Origin: Promethearchaeota archaeon
Lineage (GTDB): Archaea; Asgardarchaeota; Lokiarchaeia; Sigyniarchaeales; SOKP01
DNA length: 64,000 bases
Assembly (NCBI GenBank): GCA_048940645.1
Contig: JBHLOI010000007.1
Location: forward strand, 47,077 to 111,076
Direction: 5' to 3'
Below are positions 1 to 10,354 of this stretch, in pieces (within the stretch, counting starts at the first letter, position 1; the number at the start of each line of letters is the position of its first letter). The position numbers and the translations under genes were made by a program. The notes beneath the pieces are model-generated. The model saw only the letters and a list, made by a program, of their open reading frames with translations. It was not told the DNA's origin and searched no databases.

Positions 1-2
1 AT

Positions 3-1880
3 ACTACTCTTATTGGAACATTGAAAGAAACAACTCCGAAAGGAGTTAATGCTTTTAATGTTTTTGAAGAACTGAATAATTTAAATAAGAGAGACACAGA
101 ATTCATTTATTCCTTAAGCGAGCAAATAAATACTCCCCTTATTAGATATCTTGGACCTGACAACCACCCAATAGAAGGATTAGATCTAAAAAGTCATAGC
201 GATGAATTATTCGAGATTGATTTTAGATTAGATGATAATACACCTGATGAGTGGGTAATCAGAGTCTATAGTTATCTTGATTATAATGTTGATGATACAT
301 CTTTAACCGATAGCGAAAAATTTGAAGATGGAAGTGATTTTAAGCAGTATCAATCTGGTACTCCTCCCATTTTGGAGGAACTTAATCCTGATGAGAGTTT
401 TATGGGTGTTAGATATAGTAAAATTTTAGAAGATCATGTAGAATGGACTACCTCAGAAAAAGATTATACAGCAATAAAACAGAACGTTGACATGATTAGC
501 GATGAATTATACTTTCACGTAAAAGTTCTATACAAATTAGATTTTGAAGGAGATGATTATTATTATTATCGAACCTTCTACATCTCAAATTATTGGACAC
601 CAAATTTTAAATTTAAACCTTTAAATATTTATGATGATGATACCTCCCCTCCAAGTTTTATTAGTATTGGAATTCAAAATCCTCCAATCTACGATAATAA
701 TGAAACTATTGATTTTGAAATAGTAGTTGAGGACGATAGTGGAATTGCAGAGTTATCTATTGATTTTCTAGGAAATCTGTATGTTGATGAAGATAAAGAT
801 AATCATATATCTATACCCAATCCTGCTATTCCAGGAGAGTATAGCTTCAATGTTATGGCTGAAGATGCAGATAATGATCGAGAAGGGGATCAACTATATT
901 CTAATTTGTATTCAAGCTTCAAAATTTTTGATGACGATGTTAATTGTCCCATTTTTTCAGATATATCTATCATAAATGCGCCAATATATGATAGTTATGA
1001 TTATATAATTTTCGAAGTTATGGCTGAAGATGAATCTGGTATTGCAGAGTTATTTATTGATTTTATAGATACCAGATATTATTATGACGATGAAAGTATC
1101 CAAATAAAAATTCCAAATCCGAGAGTTCCTGGAATATATGAATTTACTGCCATTGCTATTGATAATGATTCTGAATATGGACAAGATCAGTTAAATATCA
1201 CGGTAACTTCCTGTTTTGAGATCTTTGATGATGATATTACTCCTCCTGAAATTATAATTTCTGAAAATGAAGATTATTTCGATTTAGAAGTCATAGATAA
1301 TGATGGTATAATTGATAGCGAAGCAACCGGAACCTATATAATTATCTCCCAATATGGAGAAGAAATAGCAACAGGCACATTAGATCAAGAGCAAATTAAA
1401 TATCGACTTTGTAAAAATATCTTTTATTCAGGCGGCATAGGGGTTCATACATTAATCGTTCAAGCAACAAATAATGATCGAGAATGGGAAGGCGATGAAG
1501 AAACCTCAGCTATTGAAAACCAGATTATCATAACTCCAGACGACTATTTCAAATATATAAACAAACAAATTGAAGAAATTAAAAATTATATTTGCAATAT
1601 CGTAAATCCATGTATTTGTAGTTTTGTGATATGTTTTTTAAATACTATTCAAGAAGATTTAAAAGAAGCTTATAATTACTTTATGGTTGATAATATTATT
1701 GAATCTCTAGATTATGTAGGAGACGCAAGATCAAAACTTTTGGTTAGCATAGATTTAATAGATGGTATTTATAATATTGGATGTCTATGTATTGAAGATA
1801 GAGACTTTTTATTGGCATCATTACAGAAAATCCTTGATACTGTTGATAACTTAATAGATTGTTTAATTGACTCTATGTGA
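3..1880 (+). CDS. Acidic repeat-containing, probably cell-surface protein (5' truncated by window edge)
   Basis: Frame is open from position 3, so the TTG at 21 is probably not the start. Very D/E-rich, with Ig-like repeats starting I(Y/F)DDD-x2-(P/C)P and a Cys-rich helical C-terminus. Confidence 0.7.
   Translation, partial: TTLIGTLKETTPKGVNAFNVFEELNNLNKRDTEFIYSLSEQINTPLIRYLGPDNHPIEGLDLKSHSDELFEIDFRLDDNTPDEWVIRVYSYLDYNVDDTSLTDSEKFEDGSDFKQYQSGTPPILEELNPDESFMGVRYSKILEDHVEWTTSEKDYTAIKQNVDMISDELYFHVKVLYKLDFEGDDYYYYRTFYISNYWTPNFKFKPLNIYDDDTSPPSFISIGIQNPPIYDNNETIDFEIVVEDDSGIAELSIDFLGNLYVDEDKDNHISIPNPAIPGEYSFNVMAEDADNDREGDQLYSNLYSSFKIFDDDVNCPIFSDISIINAPIYDSYDYIIFEVMAEDESGIAELFIDFIDTRYYYDDESIQIKIPNPRVPGIYEFTAIAIDNDSEYGQDQLNITVTSCFEIFDDDITPPEIIISENEDYFDLEVIDNDGIIDSEATGTYIIISQYGEEIATGTLDQEQIKYRLCKNIFYSGGIGVHTLIVQATNNDREWEGDEETSAIENQIIITPDDYFKYINKQIEEIKNYICNIVNPCICSFVICFLNTIQEDLKEAYNYFMVDNIIESLDYVGDARSKLLVSIDLIDGIYNIGCLCIEDRDFLLASLQKILDTVDNLIDCLIDSM
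627..1250 (+). repeat. Two tandem ~99-aa (297 nt) intragenic repeats plus the start of a third
   Basis: IYDDDTSPP..PIYD..EDDSGIAEL.IDF..IPNP..PG.Y.F..D.D..GDQL recurs as IFDDDVNCP..PIYD..EDESGIAELFIDF..IPNPRVPGIYEF..GQDQL, then IFDDDITPP. Confidence 0.85.
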
Positions 1881-1957
1881 TTTTTTCGAAAGGAATTTTG
1901 AATTTCTTTTTTTTAAAATTTTAAATAATAACAAATTCCAACCTATATTTTATGTAA

Positions 1958-2083
1958 TTATGGATTAATCACCACAAGAATGGTGATAATAGTGACCAAA
2001 TCTATGAAAATGGTTTGAAGGAGGCAGTACCTATATCTTTTCTTATAGTTTATTGGATGGGTCGTGCTTTTAATATTTTTTAA
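1958..2083 (+). pseudogene. Possible 3' remnant of a lost gene
   Basis: 41 start-less open codons ending ...GLKEAVPISFLIVYWMGRAFNIF*; GC-richer than flanking intergenic DNA. Confidence 0.3.
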
Positions 2084-3697
2084 TCATTCCATGTTATTCA
2101 ATTTTTTAAGACCTATTAAAAGTAATGGAATAGCGAATAAAGTGCCAAAAATTATTAAAGGAAGGCTAAAAACCACTTTTATTAATTCTGGTGGAGGATT
2201 TAAATTCCCTAATAATTGAAATCCTAAGAAAAGGCTTCCAAAGATCGTTACCATGTTAATAATAACTAAAATCCCTATAGTAAGTTGCATATCACCCCCT
2301 TTTTCTTCAAATGCAGGGTTAATACACTGAAGTCCTATAGCTTGAGATACAGTTATTAAGCTATATATGATAAGAAACAGAAAAAAGAAAATTATAGTAA
2401 AGATATCATATTGAAAAAATAAACTAAAAAAAATTGTCAAGCCAATTCCTATAAAGAAGATTATAATAAAAATCATTTGCAGATATGAAAAGATTAACGC
2501 TTTAATATTTCTGGGGGATTTCTTGTATACCCATATTAGTTCTTTTGAACCAACAAAAATATAATTCCCTAAAAATAAACTAAATAGCATACCAGCAATC
2601 ATCACACTCATCATCATATACAAGCTGATGTCTTGATTATCTAAATTTGGATAATCTCCTCCTAAAAAGGCAAAAATAACTCCTTCAAATAGAGTTAATC
2701 CTATTGTATATACAATTTTCATTAGGTTTTCTCTTTTTCTAAAAAATTCTTTTAATTGAGTTATAATTAGACCTTTCCATTTTACTCCTGTAATTTTTTT
2801 TATAAATGTATAGAACTTATTTTCTTTTTCAATAGTAGTGGTAACTTTTTCAATGCTAGTTTCTAGAGAGAAAAAAATATGAGCCTTTTTGAAACTTATA
2901 TAGAGAATAATAAGAGGAATAAATACAGCAAGAGAAATACTTGCCCAGATATTAAGAATATACGAGCTTATTAATATTGGTTGAATAGTGTATAATATAA
3001 TATTTGAAAACCATAAAGAAGGGTAAAAACTTAAATAATTTTTAATTTGGGGATTAGATTTTATATAATTAAACAAGTATGTAAATGTATACATAATTAC
3101 TACCATTGCAATAGCTAAAAGAAATAGAATTAATTTACCTAAATCACGTGCTTTTTCACTTCTTACTATTTTATGTTCGAGCCAAGAGACTAAAATAGAT
3201 CCTAATAAAGCAGCAAAAATAACATGTCCAATAACACATGAATAAATAACAACATAATGAAGAATGTTTAAATCGATAATAGGGTTTATTAAACCAGTTA
3301 TAACTGGCGCCAATGCCAAAATAAATATTAGATATATTGGTATCTTTCCTAAAAATTCTCCAATAAAAATATCACCTGGTTTAGCTGGTGATGCTAATAC
3401 CATTTCTTTATAGCCAACTTCCGTCTTTCGATAAATATTTTGCATTGGATACATTATAATTATCAGGAATAGCATCATTAGTATAAATTCTATAAGATAT
3501 CCAACAATCGTTATAATAGTACTTGGGAAACTTGTGGCTAACGTAGGCATGAATAAGTCAAAAATTAAAGGCGCAATAAAAAACGCCCATATACAGAGTA
3601 TCGTATAAATAACCATAAATAACAAAAATCTATGGTTACGAAAACTACTTGTTTTCCTTCTTAATTCTGTTTTAGCAATCGCTTTCCAAGCTCTCAT
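2084..3697 (-). CDS. ABC-2 type exporter permease (duplicated ~12 TM)
   Basis: Two hydrophobic halves (IAKTELRR / LIITQLKEFFR; LASP..GDIF.G.FLG); 1 nt downstream of the ABC ATPase. Confidence 0.8.
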   Translation of the reverse strand: MRAWKAIAKTELRRKTSSFRNHRFLLFMVIYTILCIWAFFIAPLIFDLFMPTLATSFPSTIITIVGYLIEFILMMLFLIIIMYPMQNIYRKTEVGYKEMVLASPAKPGDIFIGEFLGKIPIYLIFILALAPVITGLINPIIDLNILHYVVIYSCVIGHVIFAALLGSILVSWLEHKIVRSEKARDLGKLILFLLAIAMVVIMYTFTYLFNYIKSNPQIKNYLSFYPSLWFSNIILYTIQPILISSYILNIWASISLAVFIPLIILYISFKKAHIFFSLETSIEKVTTTIEKENKFYTFIKKITGVKWKGLIITQLKEFFRKRENLMKIVYTIGLTLFEGVIFAFLGGDYPNLDNQDISLYMMMSVMIAGMLFSLFLGNYIFVGSKELIWVYKKSPRNIKALIFSYLQMIFIIIFFIGIGLTIFFSLFFQYDIFTIIFFFLFLIIYSLITVSQAIGLQCINPAFEEKGGDMQLTIGILVIINMVTIFGSLFLGFQLLGNLNPPPELIKVVFSLPLIIFGTLFAIPLLLIGLKKLNNME

Positions 3698-3698
3698 T

Positions 3699-4532
3699 TT
3701 ATTTCTTTTTTCTACCTTTCCTTCTTTTTTTCTCTTTAGTTTTTTCGGGTAATTCTTCTCTCCAAGCTAATAAGTCCTCAATTTTAGTAACACCCATTAT
3801 TTTTAGATAAGCATCTTCCAAATCTTTAGCATCAACAGAATCAATAATTTTTCGTGGTGTTCCCTCCACTTTCAAAGAACCCTTATCAATAATACCGATT
3901 AAGTCACACAATTCTTCAGCTGTATCTAAGAGATGAGTACAAATAAAAATAGTCTTATCTGCTTTCTTAGTTAATTCAAAAATCAGGTCTTTCACCATTC
4001 TAGTAGCAGCAGGATCTAAATTAGAAGTTGGTTCATCTAAGAAAATTATTTTAGGATCTTGTATCAATGCAGCACATAAACAAACTTTTTGTTTCATGCC
4101 TCTTGAAAAACCTTCTAGAAGATCATTTTCTCTCCCCTCTAAGTTAAAAATCTCTAGTAATTCATCTATACGAGTAATTATTACTTCTTTTGGTAAATAA
4201 TATAATTCACCTATAAACTCTAAAAATTCTCGAGGGGTTAATTTTTGATATAAACCAGGAGATTCAGGAAGAAATCCACAAATTTTTTTCACCTCTTTAC
4301 TTTGGGTAAGTATATCATAGCCACCAACTAAAGCTGTGCCAGAAGTAGGTGAAATAATAGAATTTAACATACGAACTGTCGTAGTCTTTCCAGCTCCATT
4401 AGGTCCTAAGAGAGCATAAGTTTTACCGTAAGCAATCTCTATATTTAAATTATTTACCGCGAATATTTTACCAAAATGTTTAGTCAAACCTTTTGTTCTA
4501 ATAGCAATATTATCTATCGTTAATTCACCCAT
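3699..4532 (-). CDS. ABC transporter ATP-binding protein
   Basis: GPNGAGKTT, FSRGMKQ, IFLDEPT, TH. Confidence 0.95.
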   Translation of the reverse strand: MGELTIDNIAIRTKGLTKHFGKIFAVNNLNIEIAYGKTYALLGPNGAGKTTTVRMLNSIISPTSGTALVGGYDILTQSKEVKKICGFLPESPGLYQKLTPREFLEFIGELYYLPKEVIITRIDELLEIFNLEGRENDLLEGFSRGMKQKVCLCAALIQDPKIIFLDEPTSNLDPAATRMVKDLIFELTKKADKTIFICTHLLDTAEELCDLIGIIDKGSLKVEGTPRKIIDSVDAKDLEDAYLKIMGVTKIEDLLAWREELPEKTKEKKRRKGRKKK

Positions 4533-4597
4533 TTAATCATTCAAGAATAAAAAGAAAAGATGCTTTTTAATGTTTCATAAATTCTCTTAATTATTAG

Positions 4598-5044
4598 TTA
4601 AATATCAGCATCAATAAAAAGATCATCAAATTTATATCCCAAAAATTTAGCTAATTCTTCTAAAAATTCTTTACTAAAACTTTTTGATAATTCCTTCTCA
4701 TCTATTTCTCCTATTTGAAATAATGTGTTATGATCAATACCCTGAGCATTAACAAAATCCTCTACTTCTTTGTAGGGCTTCTTATATTTAATCTCTTTTA
4801 GTTGATCTTTTATTATAGGTTCTTGATAAAAGATTTCATTTAAAGGTTTGTCTAGAACTTCGGCAATCTTAAAAGAAATTGTGAGAGATGGATTATATTT
4901 TCCTTTTTCTAAGAAGTAGATCGTTTGGCGAGAAACCCCGATACTATCTGCTAAATCTTGTTGACTTAGACATAATTTATTTCTAATTTCCTTGATCCTT
5001 GTCTTTATCTTCGTTCTAAATTTCACAGATTTCTCACCAATCAA
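4598..5044 (-). CDS. XRE-family HTH regulator with a second degenerate HTH
   Basis: LSQQDLADSIGVSRQTIYFLEKGKYNPSL; C-terminal FLEELAKFLGYKFDDLF. Confidence 0.9.
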   Translation of the reverse strand: MIGEKSVKFRTKIKTRIKEIRNKLCLSQQDLADSIGVSRQTIYFLEKGKYNPSLTISFKIAEVLDKPLNEIFYQEPIIKDQLKEIKYKKPYKEVEDFVNAQGIDHNTLFQIGEIDEKELSKSFSKEFLEELAKFLGYKFDDLFIDADI

Positions 5045-5094
5045 TCAAATAGCAAATCAACTAATTTTTTAATTTATAAAAAACAAATTTGTTT

Positions 5095-5919
5095 TCATGC
5101 TAGCTCAAATAAATCCTCTATTTTACAATTTAGAACCTCAGCAATTTTGGAAGCCAATAGTAGACTTGGATTATACTTTCCTTCTTCTAAATAGTTTATT
5201 GTTTCTATAGGAACTCCTACCTTCTCTGCTAACATCATAGCAGTTAATTTTGCTTTTTCTCTTAGTTGTTTTATTGAAGTCTTTAACCTCTCTCCCTCTC
5301 GCATTTTAGAAAGAATATAGCTAATGAAGTTATCAAATGCCAATTGTTCAGGTCTAAAAATTTTATCCTCTAAACCGCTCGGGGTTGTAGAAATTTTTGC
5401 GATTATTTCCTTAATCTTATTTTCAATTATATGGGGGTCCTTTAAACCTGGAATGTATCCTTCAGGACCTATTCCTTTACGTGTCGTGCCTGAACTAACA
5501 GCACTATGACCAGCGGTTTCAATCTTTATTGTAAAGGTCTTAAACATCCTATCAAATATTCCAGTAGTTATATTGATGTTTTGGATTCTTTTATAAGGAA
5601 TTGTAGCCCTCGTTCTTGTAAATACTCCATGGTTAATCACAATGCTGTCTTTTTGCACCTTATATGTAAAATTTCGAACATAAGCCGAAAAATATAAGGC
5701 AGACGTTAGTGTTATAATTACATATGGAGCTATTGTGGATGCAAGAATTAAAATTAGAAATAATTCAAAAGTGAAATCAGGATTAAAAAAATAAACAAAG
5801 TAATATGTAATTGATAAAATCGCAGCATAGAATAGAAGAATTAAGTTATTTTTTAATACTTCTTTCTTTACGTAATCACGTGAAATTGTGCCTATATAGA
5901 TGAATTCTTCCTCGTTCAT
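5095..5919 (-). CDS. Membrane protein: 2 TM + bacterial PH (bPH_2/YdbS-like) domain + C-terminal XRE HTH
   Basis: HGVFTRTRATIPYKRIQNI...IKIETAG; LAEKVGVPIETINYLEEGKYNPSL. Confidence 0.85.
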   Translation of the reverse strand: MNEEEFIYIGTISRDYVKKEVLKNNLILLFYAAILSITYYFVYFFNPDFTFELFLILILASTIAPYVIITLTSALYFSAYVRNFTYKVQKDSIVINHGVFTRTRATIPYKRIQNINITTGIFDRMFKTFTIKIETAGHSAVSSGTTRKGIGPEGYIPGLKDPHIIENKIKEIIAKISTTPSGLEDKIFRPEQLAFDNFISYILSKMREGERLKTSIKQLREKAKLTAMMLAEKVGVPIETINYLEEGKYNPSLLLASKIAEVLNCKIEDLFELA

Positions 5920-6219
5920 GATATTCCCTCCCTATTTTTTATATTTAATTTACTAGTCATTTTATTTAATTATTAATAGTAATATAGAAATATATATTTT
6001 TCTAAATCTTATACTCAACACTCTTATGATTTATTGAGTAATTATAGACTTTAAATAAAAAATGCTAAATAATTTTAACTTACATTTATAGAAATAGAAA
6101 AATCTTTTTTAAATTATAGAAAAATTTAAATATGATGACTAGTAAATTTAACATGGGTATAATAAAAAATCATTAGTCATACCTAAAGAAATGTAATAAT
6201 AACCCTTTAAAAGTAGGAT

Positions 6220-6462
6220 GTGATTAAAAGAATGTTGGAAAATGAATCCGAAATAATAGAACGGATTTATCGGATCAACATACTAGAGGAAGATGACATA
6301 ATCCTTTTAAAGAAAAAAAGGAAATTGAGGGAAGTTATTGAAAATATAAATATAAGTGATCATCTCTCTGCTAAAGCAAAACAATACATCATATTAGGAC
6401 TTGAATCATTTATTATCGCTGCCCATATTGCGTTTTTTGTCCTTAGAATATTTAATTTTTAA
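6220..6462 (+). CDS. Small C-terminally anchored membrane protein
   Basis: Charged N-terminus and C-terminal hydrophobic helix. Confidence 0.6.
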   Translation: MIKRMLENESEIIERIYRINILEEDDIILLKKKRKLREVIENINISDHLSAKAKQYIILGLESFIIAAHIAFFVLRIFNF

Positions 6463-6477
6463 AGTGGTGTTTAAAAG

Positions 6478-6624
6478 GTGGAAGAAGAAATAGGGGAACA
6501 ACAAGATTTAATTTTCTTAAAGAAACACAGGCGGATTAAAAAGATTTTAATAATAATTGTTAAGATCCTCTTACTTTTTTTCTTCCCGATAATCGTAGCT
6601 CTTTTAGACCATTTTATATTTTGA
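6478..6624 (+). CDS. Small 48-aa tail-anchored protein (not in ORF track)
   Basis: GTG start preceded by GTGGTG; MEEEIGEQQDLIFLKKHRRIKKILIIIVKILLLFFFPIIVALLDHFIF*. Confidence 0.55.
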   Translation: MEEEIGEQQDLIFLKKHRRIKKILIIIVKILLLFFFPIIVALLDHFIF

Positions 6625-6741
6625 AGATTAGCTATTTTTTAAAGATTATTAAACATTGGTCTAATCTAGTTTAAAATAAAATAAATAATCTGATTAATTA
6701 ACAATCTTACCAATCAAAAAAATATTAATTGTGTAAAAAAA

Positions 6742-7308
6742 ATGTCTATAGAAAGAAAAGATCGGTATTATTCAAAAGAAAAATATGAAAGCACTTACAC
6801 ATCTTTTTTCTGTGGTGGAGCCTTTTTATTTGTAGCAATTTTATCATTGGTCCTTTTATCAACCAATAATAATTTCTTAGGACTTTCTGGCTGGGGATAT
6901 TGGATGTTTATTCCCGCGTTCTTCATAATATTTTTTGGTGGATTTCAACAAATTTATACAAATATGAAGTTCAAAAACGCAGTTAAAAATGCAATCGCAG
7001 ATCACGGAGTTCAAGGATCAGTCAAGCTTGAGGACCTCGCACTTCAGGTTGGGATAAAGCCACGCGACGTATTAAGGGTTCTTGTTGATTTAAGAGCAAA
7101 AGGATTGATCGCTTATAAATTTAATCAAGAGACAGGAGAAATTATTCTAGGAGAAAAAGTGCAATATACTCCTCATGAAAGCTATGTGGCTCCACCAAAG
7201 CAACTTCAAGAACCTTTGTCCACAGTAGGTAAAAATTTTTGTGTTTACTGTGGCCAAAAATTACGTGAAGGAGCTCGATATTGTGAGAATTGTGGATCAG
7301 AATTATAG
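6742..7308 (+). CDS. 2-TM protein with PCI-like winged helix and C-terminal zinc ribbon
   Basis: VKLEDLALQVGIKPRDVLRVLVDLRAKGLIAYKFNQETGEI; CVYCG...CENCG. Confidence 0.75.
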   Translation: MSIERKDRYYSKEKYESTYTSFFCGGAFLFVAILSLVLLSTNNNFLGLSGWGYWMFIPAFFIIFFGGFQQIYTNMKFKNAVKNAIADHGVQGSVKLEDLALQVGIKPRDVLRVLVDLRAKGLIAYKFNQETGEIILGEKVQYTPHESYVAPPKQLQEPLSTVGKNFCVYCGQKLREGARYCENCGSEL

Positions 7309-7429
7309 ACTAAAAGTAGTTTATTAAACTTCAATAATCAAAATTTTTCTTTTTTCTTATTTTTAAATTTATTTATAAAAAGTTAAAATTTAACAAACTA
7401 TTAGATAATTTTAATGAAATCTATTTTTA

Positions 7430-8251
7430 TTGAAGAGAGATAAATGTATGAAAGAGATTGATAAATTAATAATTACAGTAACAACAGCGAATTCTTGGAT
7501 TTATCCTGACTTAAAAAATTGGGCACAAACAACTGATGAATTAATAGATGATGTACTGAAATGTTACGAAGCTGGAGCTGCTATTGCACATATTCATTTA
7601 CCTAGAGGAGAAGAAATTGAAACTGTGGAAAGAATAAGAGAGCAATGTGATATTATAATACAAGCAGGAATGTCAAGTTATCCAATTGAAGATAGAGCCC
7701 CAGATTTTCAAGCAAGACCAGATATGCTCTCTGTTATTTCCAATCATCATGCTGAACACTTTCCAGAAGCAAATGTAGATGTTATCCATGATATTGATGA
7801 GTTGGAGCAGTATTGCATCTCATGTAAGAAATTTAACATAAAAATAGAATGGGAAGTTTGGCATACAGGGTCATATTGGAATCTGAATTATTTAATCAAA
7901 AAAGGATTATTAGACTCTCCGTATGTGTTGACTCTCTTTTTTAATTGGCCTGGAGGGACATGGTCTCCACCGACTGCAGATGAATATTTACACAGAGTTA
8001 AATATATGCCGTCTAATAGTGTGTATACAATTAGCGTTATGGGAAAGGAACAAACAAAGATTGCTACTTTAGCAATCACATATGGAGGCCATGTTCGAGT
8101 AGGTACCGAAGATTATCCTTACATAAATAAGGGAATACCTGCTAAAGATAATGCAGAATTGGTCTCTCGTATGATTAAAATTGGCGAAGAAAGGGGACGT
8201 AAAGCTTCAGATCCATCTGAAGCAAGAAAGATTTTAGGAATAACTAATTAA
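7430..8251 (+). CDS. Beta-keto acid cleavage enzyme (BKACE/DUF849, Kce-like)
   Basis: CYEAGAAIAHIH, GGHVRVGTED, NAELV, PSEARKILG; true start may be M7 (7448). Confidence 0.9.
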   Translation: MKRDKCMKEIDKLIITVTTANSWIYPDLKNWAQTTDELIDDVLKCYEAGAAIAHIHLPRGEEIETVERIREQCDIIIQAGMSSYPIEDRAPDFQARPDMLSVISNHHAEHFPEANVDVIHDIDELEQYCISCKKFNIKIEWEVWHTGSYWNLNYLIKKGLLDSPYVLTLFFNWPGGTWSPPTADEYLHRVKYMPSNSVYTISVMGKEQTKIATLAITYGGHVRVGTEDYPYINKGIPAKDNAELVSRMIKIGEERGRKASDPSEARKILGITN

Positions 8252-8289
8252 CTGTGTAATTCGAAACAAGAAAAAGTTTTTAAAAAATG

Positions 8290-9066
8290 CTATCTTGTTG
8301 TCCAACCACCATCTAACCTTAAATCTGCTCCTGTCATATAAGAAGATTCTTTACTAGCTAAAAATAAAATTCCAGTAGCTATTTCTTCTGGTTTTGCCCA
8401 ACGTCCCATAACCCCTTCTTCTTCGAATTCATTTTTAACTTCCTCATAAGAAACGCCCCTGTCTTTAGCTTGTTTAGCAACATCACTTTGCAACATTGGT
8501 GTATCTGTTGCACCAGGACTTACACTATTAACTCTCACATTATAAGGTGCTAAATCTAAAGCTAAAGCTCTTGTATATCCTAGCACTCCTGCTTTTGTTG
8601 AACAGTAATTAGCATGGGCTACTTGCCCAATATGAGCTGCCACTGAAGCTAAAGTAATAATAGAACCCGATCTCTGCTTTTTAAAGTACGGTACAGCATA
8701 TTTACAAGTATAATGAGTTCCTTTGAGATTCACATCAATTAACAGATCATAATCTTCATCTGGAAAGTCCTCAATAGGACCTACTCGTACTACTCCAGCA
8801 TTAACGATTAATACATCTATTCGACCATGCATTTCTATTGTTTTATCAATCATTTTTTTTACATCTTCTGGTTTTCTTACATCCACCTTCATAATTGTGA
8901 TTCTTTCTTGTGCTTCACCTAAAGCTTCATTTGTTTTTTTAAGACCATCTTCATCAATATCCGATAAAACTTGAATTGCTCCTTCTTTTGCAAATAATTC
9001 AGCTGTGGCGCGTCCAATTCCAGAAGCTGCACCTGTCAACACTACTATTTTATCTTTTACTCTCAT
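8290..9066 (-). CDS. Short-chain dehydrogenase/reductase
   Basis: TGAASGIG, NAG, YCSTK, RVNSVSPG, DGG. Confidence 0.95.
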   Translation of the reverse strand: MRVKDKIVVLTGAASGIGRATAELFAKEGAIQVLSDIDEDGLKKTNEALGEAQERITIMKVDVRKPEDVKKMIDKTIEMHGRIDVLIVNAGVVRVGPIEDFPDEDYDLLIDVNLKGTHYTCKYAVPYFKKQRSGSIITLASVAAHIGQVAHANYCSTKAGVLGYTRALALDLAPYNVRVNSVSPGATDTPMLQSDVAKQAKDRGVSYEEVKNEFEEEGVMGRWAKPEEIATGILFLASKESSYMTGADLRLDGGWTTR

Positions 9067-9079
9067 AAATTTTACACCA

Positions 9080-10213
9080 TCATTTTATTACAATTTCTTT
9101 ATTAAGGCTTGAAAGCCTTTCAGTGCCGTTATCTGTAATTCGGTAACAATCTTCTATGCCCACTAATCCTTGACCTCTTACGTTAAGCCAAACTTCTAGA
9201 TCAAGCACCATATTTTTCTCAAATAAAATGTCCATAGCACCTGTAGGACCAAATAAATGTGCTTCTTCACATTCTACTCCAATACTATGTCCAGTAATTA
9301 AATAAAAACCTCTCTTTGTGAGGGATTTCAAGAAGTCCTGAGCTTCTCCTCGAAAATCTTTAGCATTAACTCCGGGATTGATATTTTCAGCACAATAGTC
9401 TTGAACTTGTATCATATATTCAATTGCTTCTTTAGCTTTTTTAGGAATCTCTCCGATAACAACTCCTCTACTTACATCTGAGATATAACCTCCCCAAACT
9501 GCACCAAAATCAAAACGTACAATATCATTTGCTGTTACTGGGATTCCTAAACCAGGAGCTTCTGGATCTGATGAGCCTATATTCATCGTAAGATGATCCC
9601 AACCCCAAGCACCTTCATTCACAATTGTCCTTCTCGCAATTTGTAATAGTTCAGTATCTAGCACATTTAATTCAGTTGCTTCAATACAAGCTTGAATTGC
9701 CTTTTCAGCAACTTCAGTAGATTTTTTAATTCGCCTAACCTCCTCTTCTGTTTTAATTAATCTCATATCAATAAATGCTTTATCACCATTTACAAATTTA
9801 GCATTGGGAAATTTCTTTTGTAGAGCCTCAGATTGATATCGAGGCATAAAAGACTCAAGTGCTATAGTTTTATTTCCTAATTCCCATTCATCAACTTTTT
9901 TTAATAGTAACTTCACTGCAGCATCCACAGATCCAATTCTTATCACCTCACTTGGATCAAGCCAAGAATATTCTTCTATACTATCATATAAAGACCAAAC
10001 TAATGCACTTTCCTCTCCATCCCTTCTAACCATTGATAGAAATGGGTATTGATTTGATAATACATATAGGATAGGATTTGGAGCAACGTGAGTTACTGGT
10101 AATCCAGTTGTATAAAATACGTTTACTGGTGTAGAAGCAATTAAAAGATCAATATCATGCTTATTTAGAACTTGTTTTGTCCTATTTTTACTATAACCTA
10201 TTGGACCAACCAT
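9080..10213 (-). CDS. M24 family (Xaa-Pro peptidase/creatinase-like) hydrolase
   Basis: RLIKTEEE, DFG...YISDVSR, GHSIG, LDLE, GIED. Confidence 0.85.
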   Translation of the reverse strand: MVGPIGYSKNRTKQVLNKHDIDLLIASTPVNVFYTTGLPVTHVAPNPILYVLSNQYPFLSMVRRDGEESALVWSLYDSIEEYSWLDPSEVIRIGSVDAAVKLLLKKVDEWELGNKTIALESFMPRYQSEALQKKFPNAKFVNGDKAFIDMRLIKTEEEVRRIKKSTEVAEKAIQACIEATELNVLDTELLQIARRTIVNEGAWGWDHLTMNIGSSDPEAPGLGIPVTANDIVRFDFGAVWGGYISDVSRGVVIGEIPKKAKEAIEYMIQVQDYCAENINPGVNAKDFRGEAQDFLKSLTKRGFYLITGHSIGVECEEAHLFGPTGAMDILFEKNMVLDLEVWLNVRGQGLVGIEDCYRITDNGTERLSSLNKEIVIK

Positions 10214-10354
10214 TGAAACTTACTGATTTTTAGTTTATAATCATTAAAATATAATTTGAGTTAAAAACTTTTAATAAAATATTCCTATGGTTATAGTGTA
10301 AAAACCAAGAGATTAAGGGCAAATCTTTAAAAATTTTAATTTAATTTCTTAATT

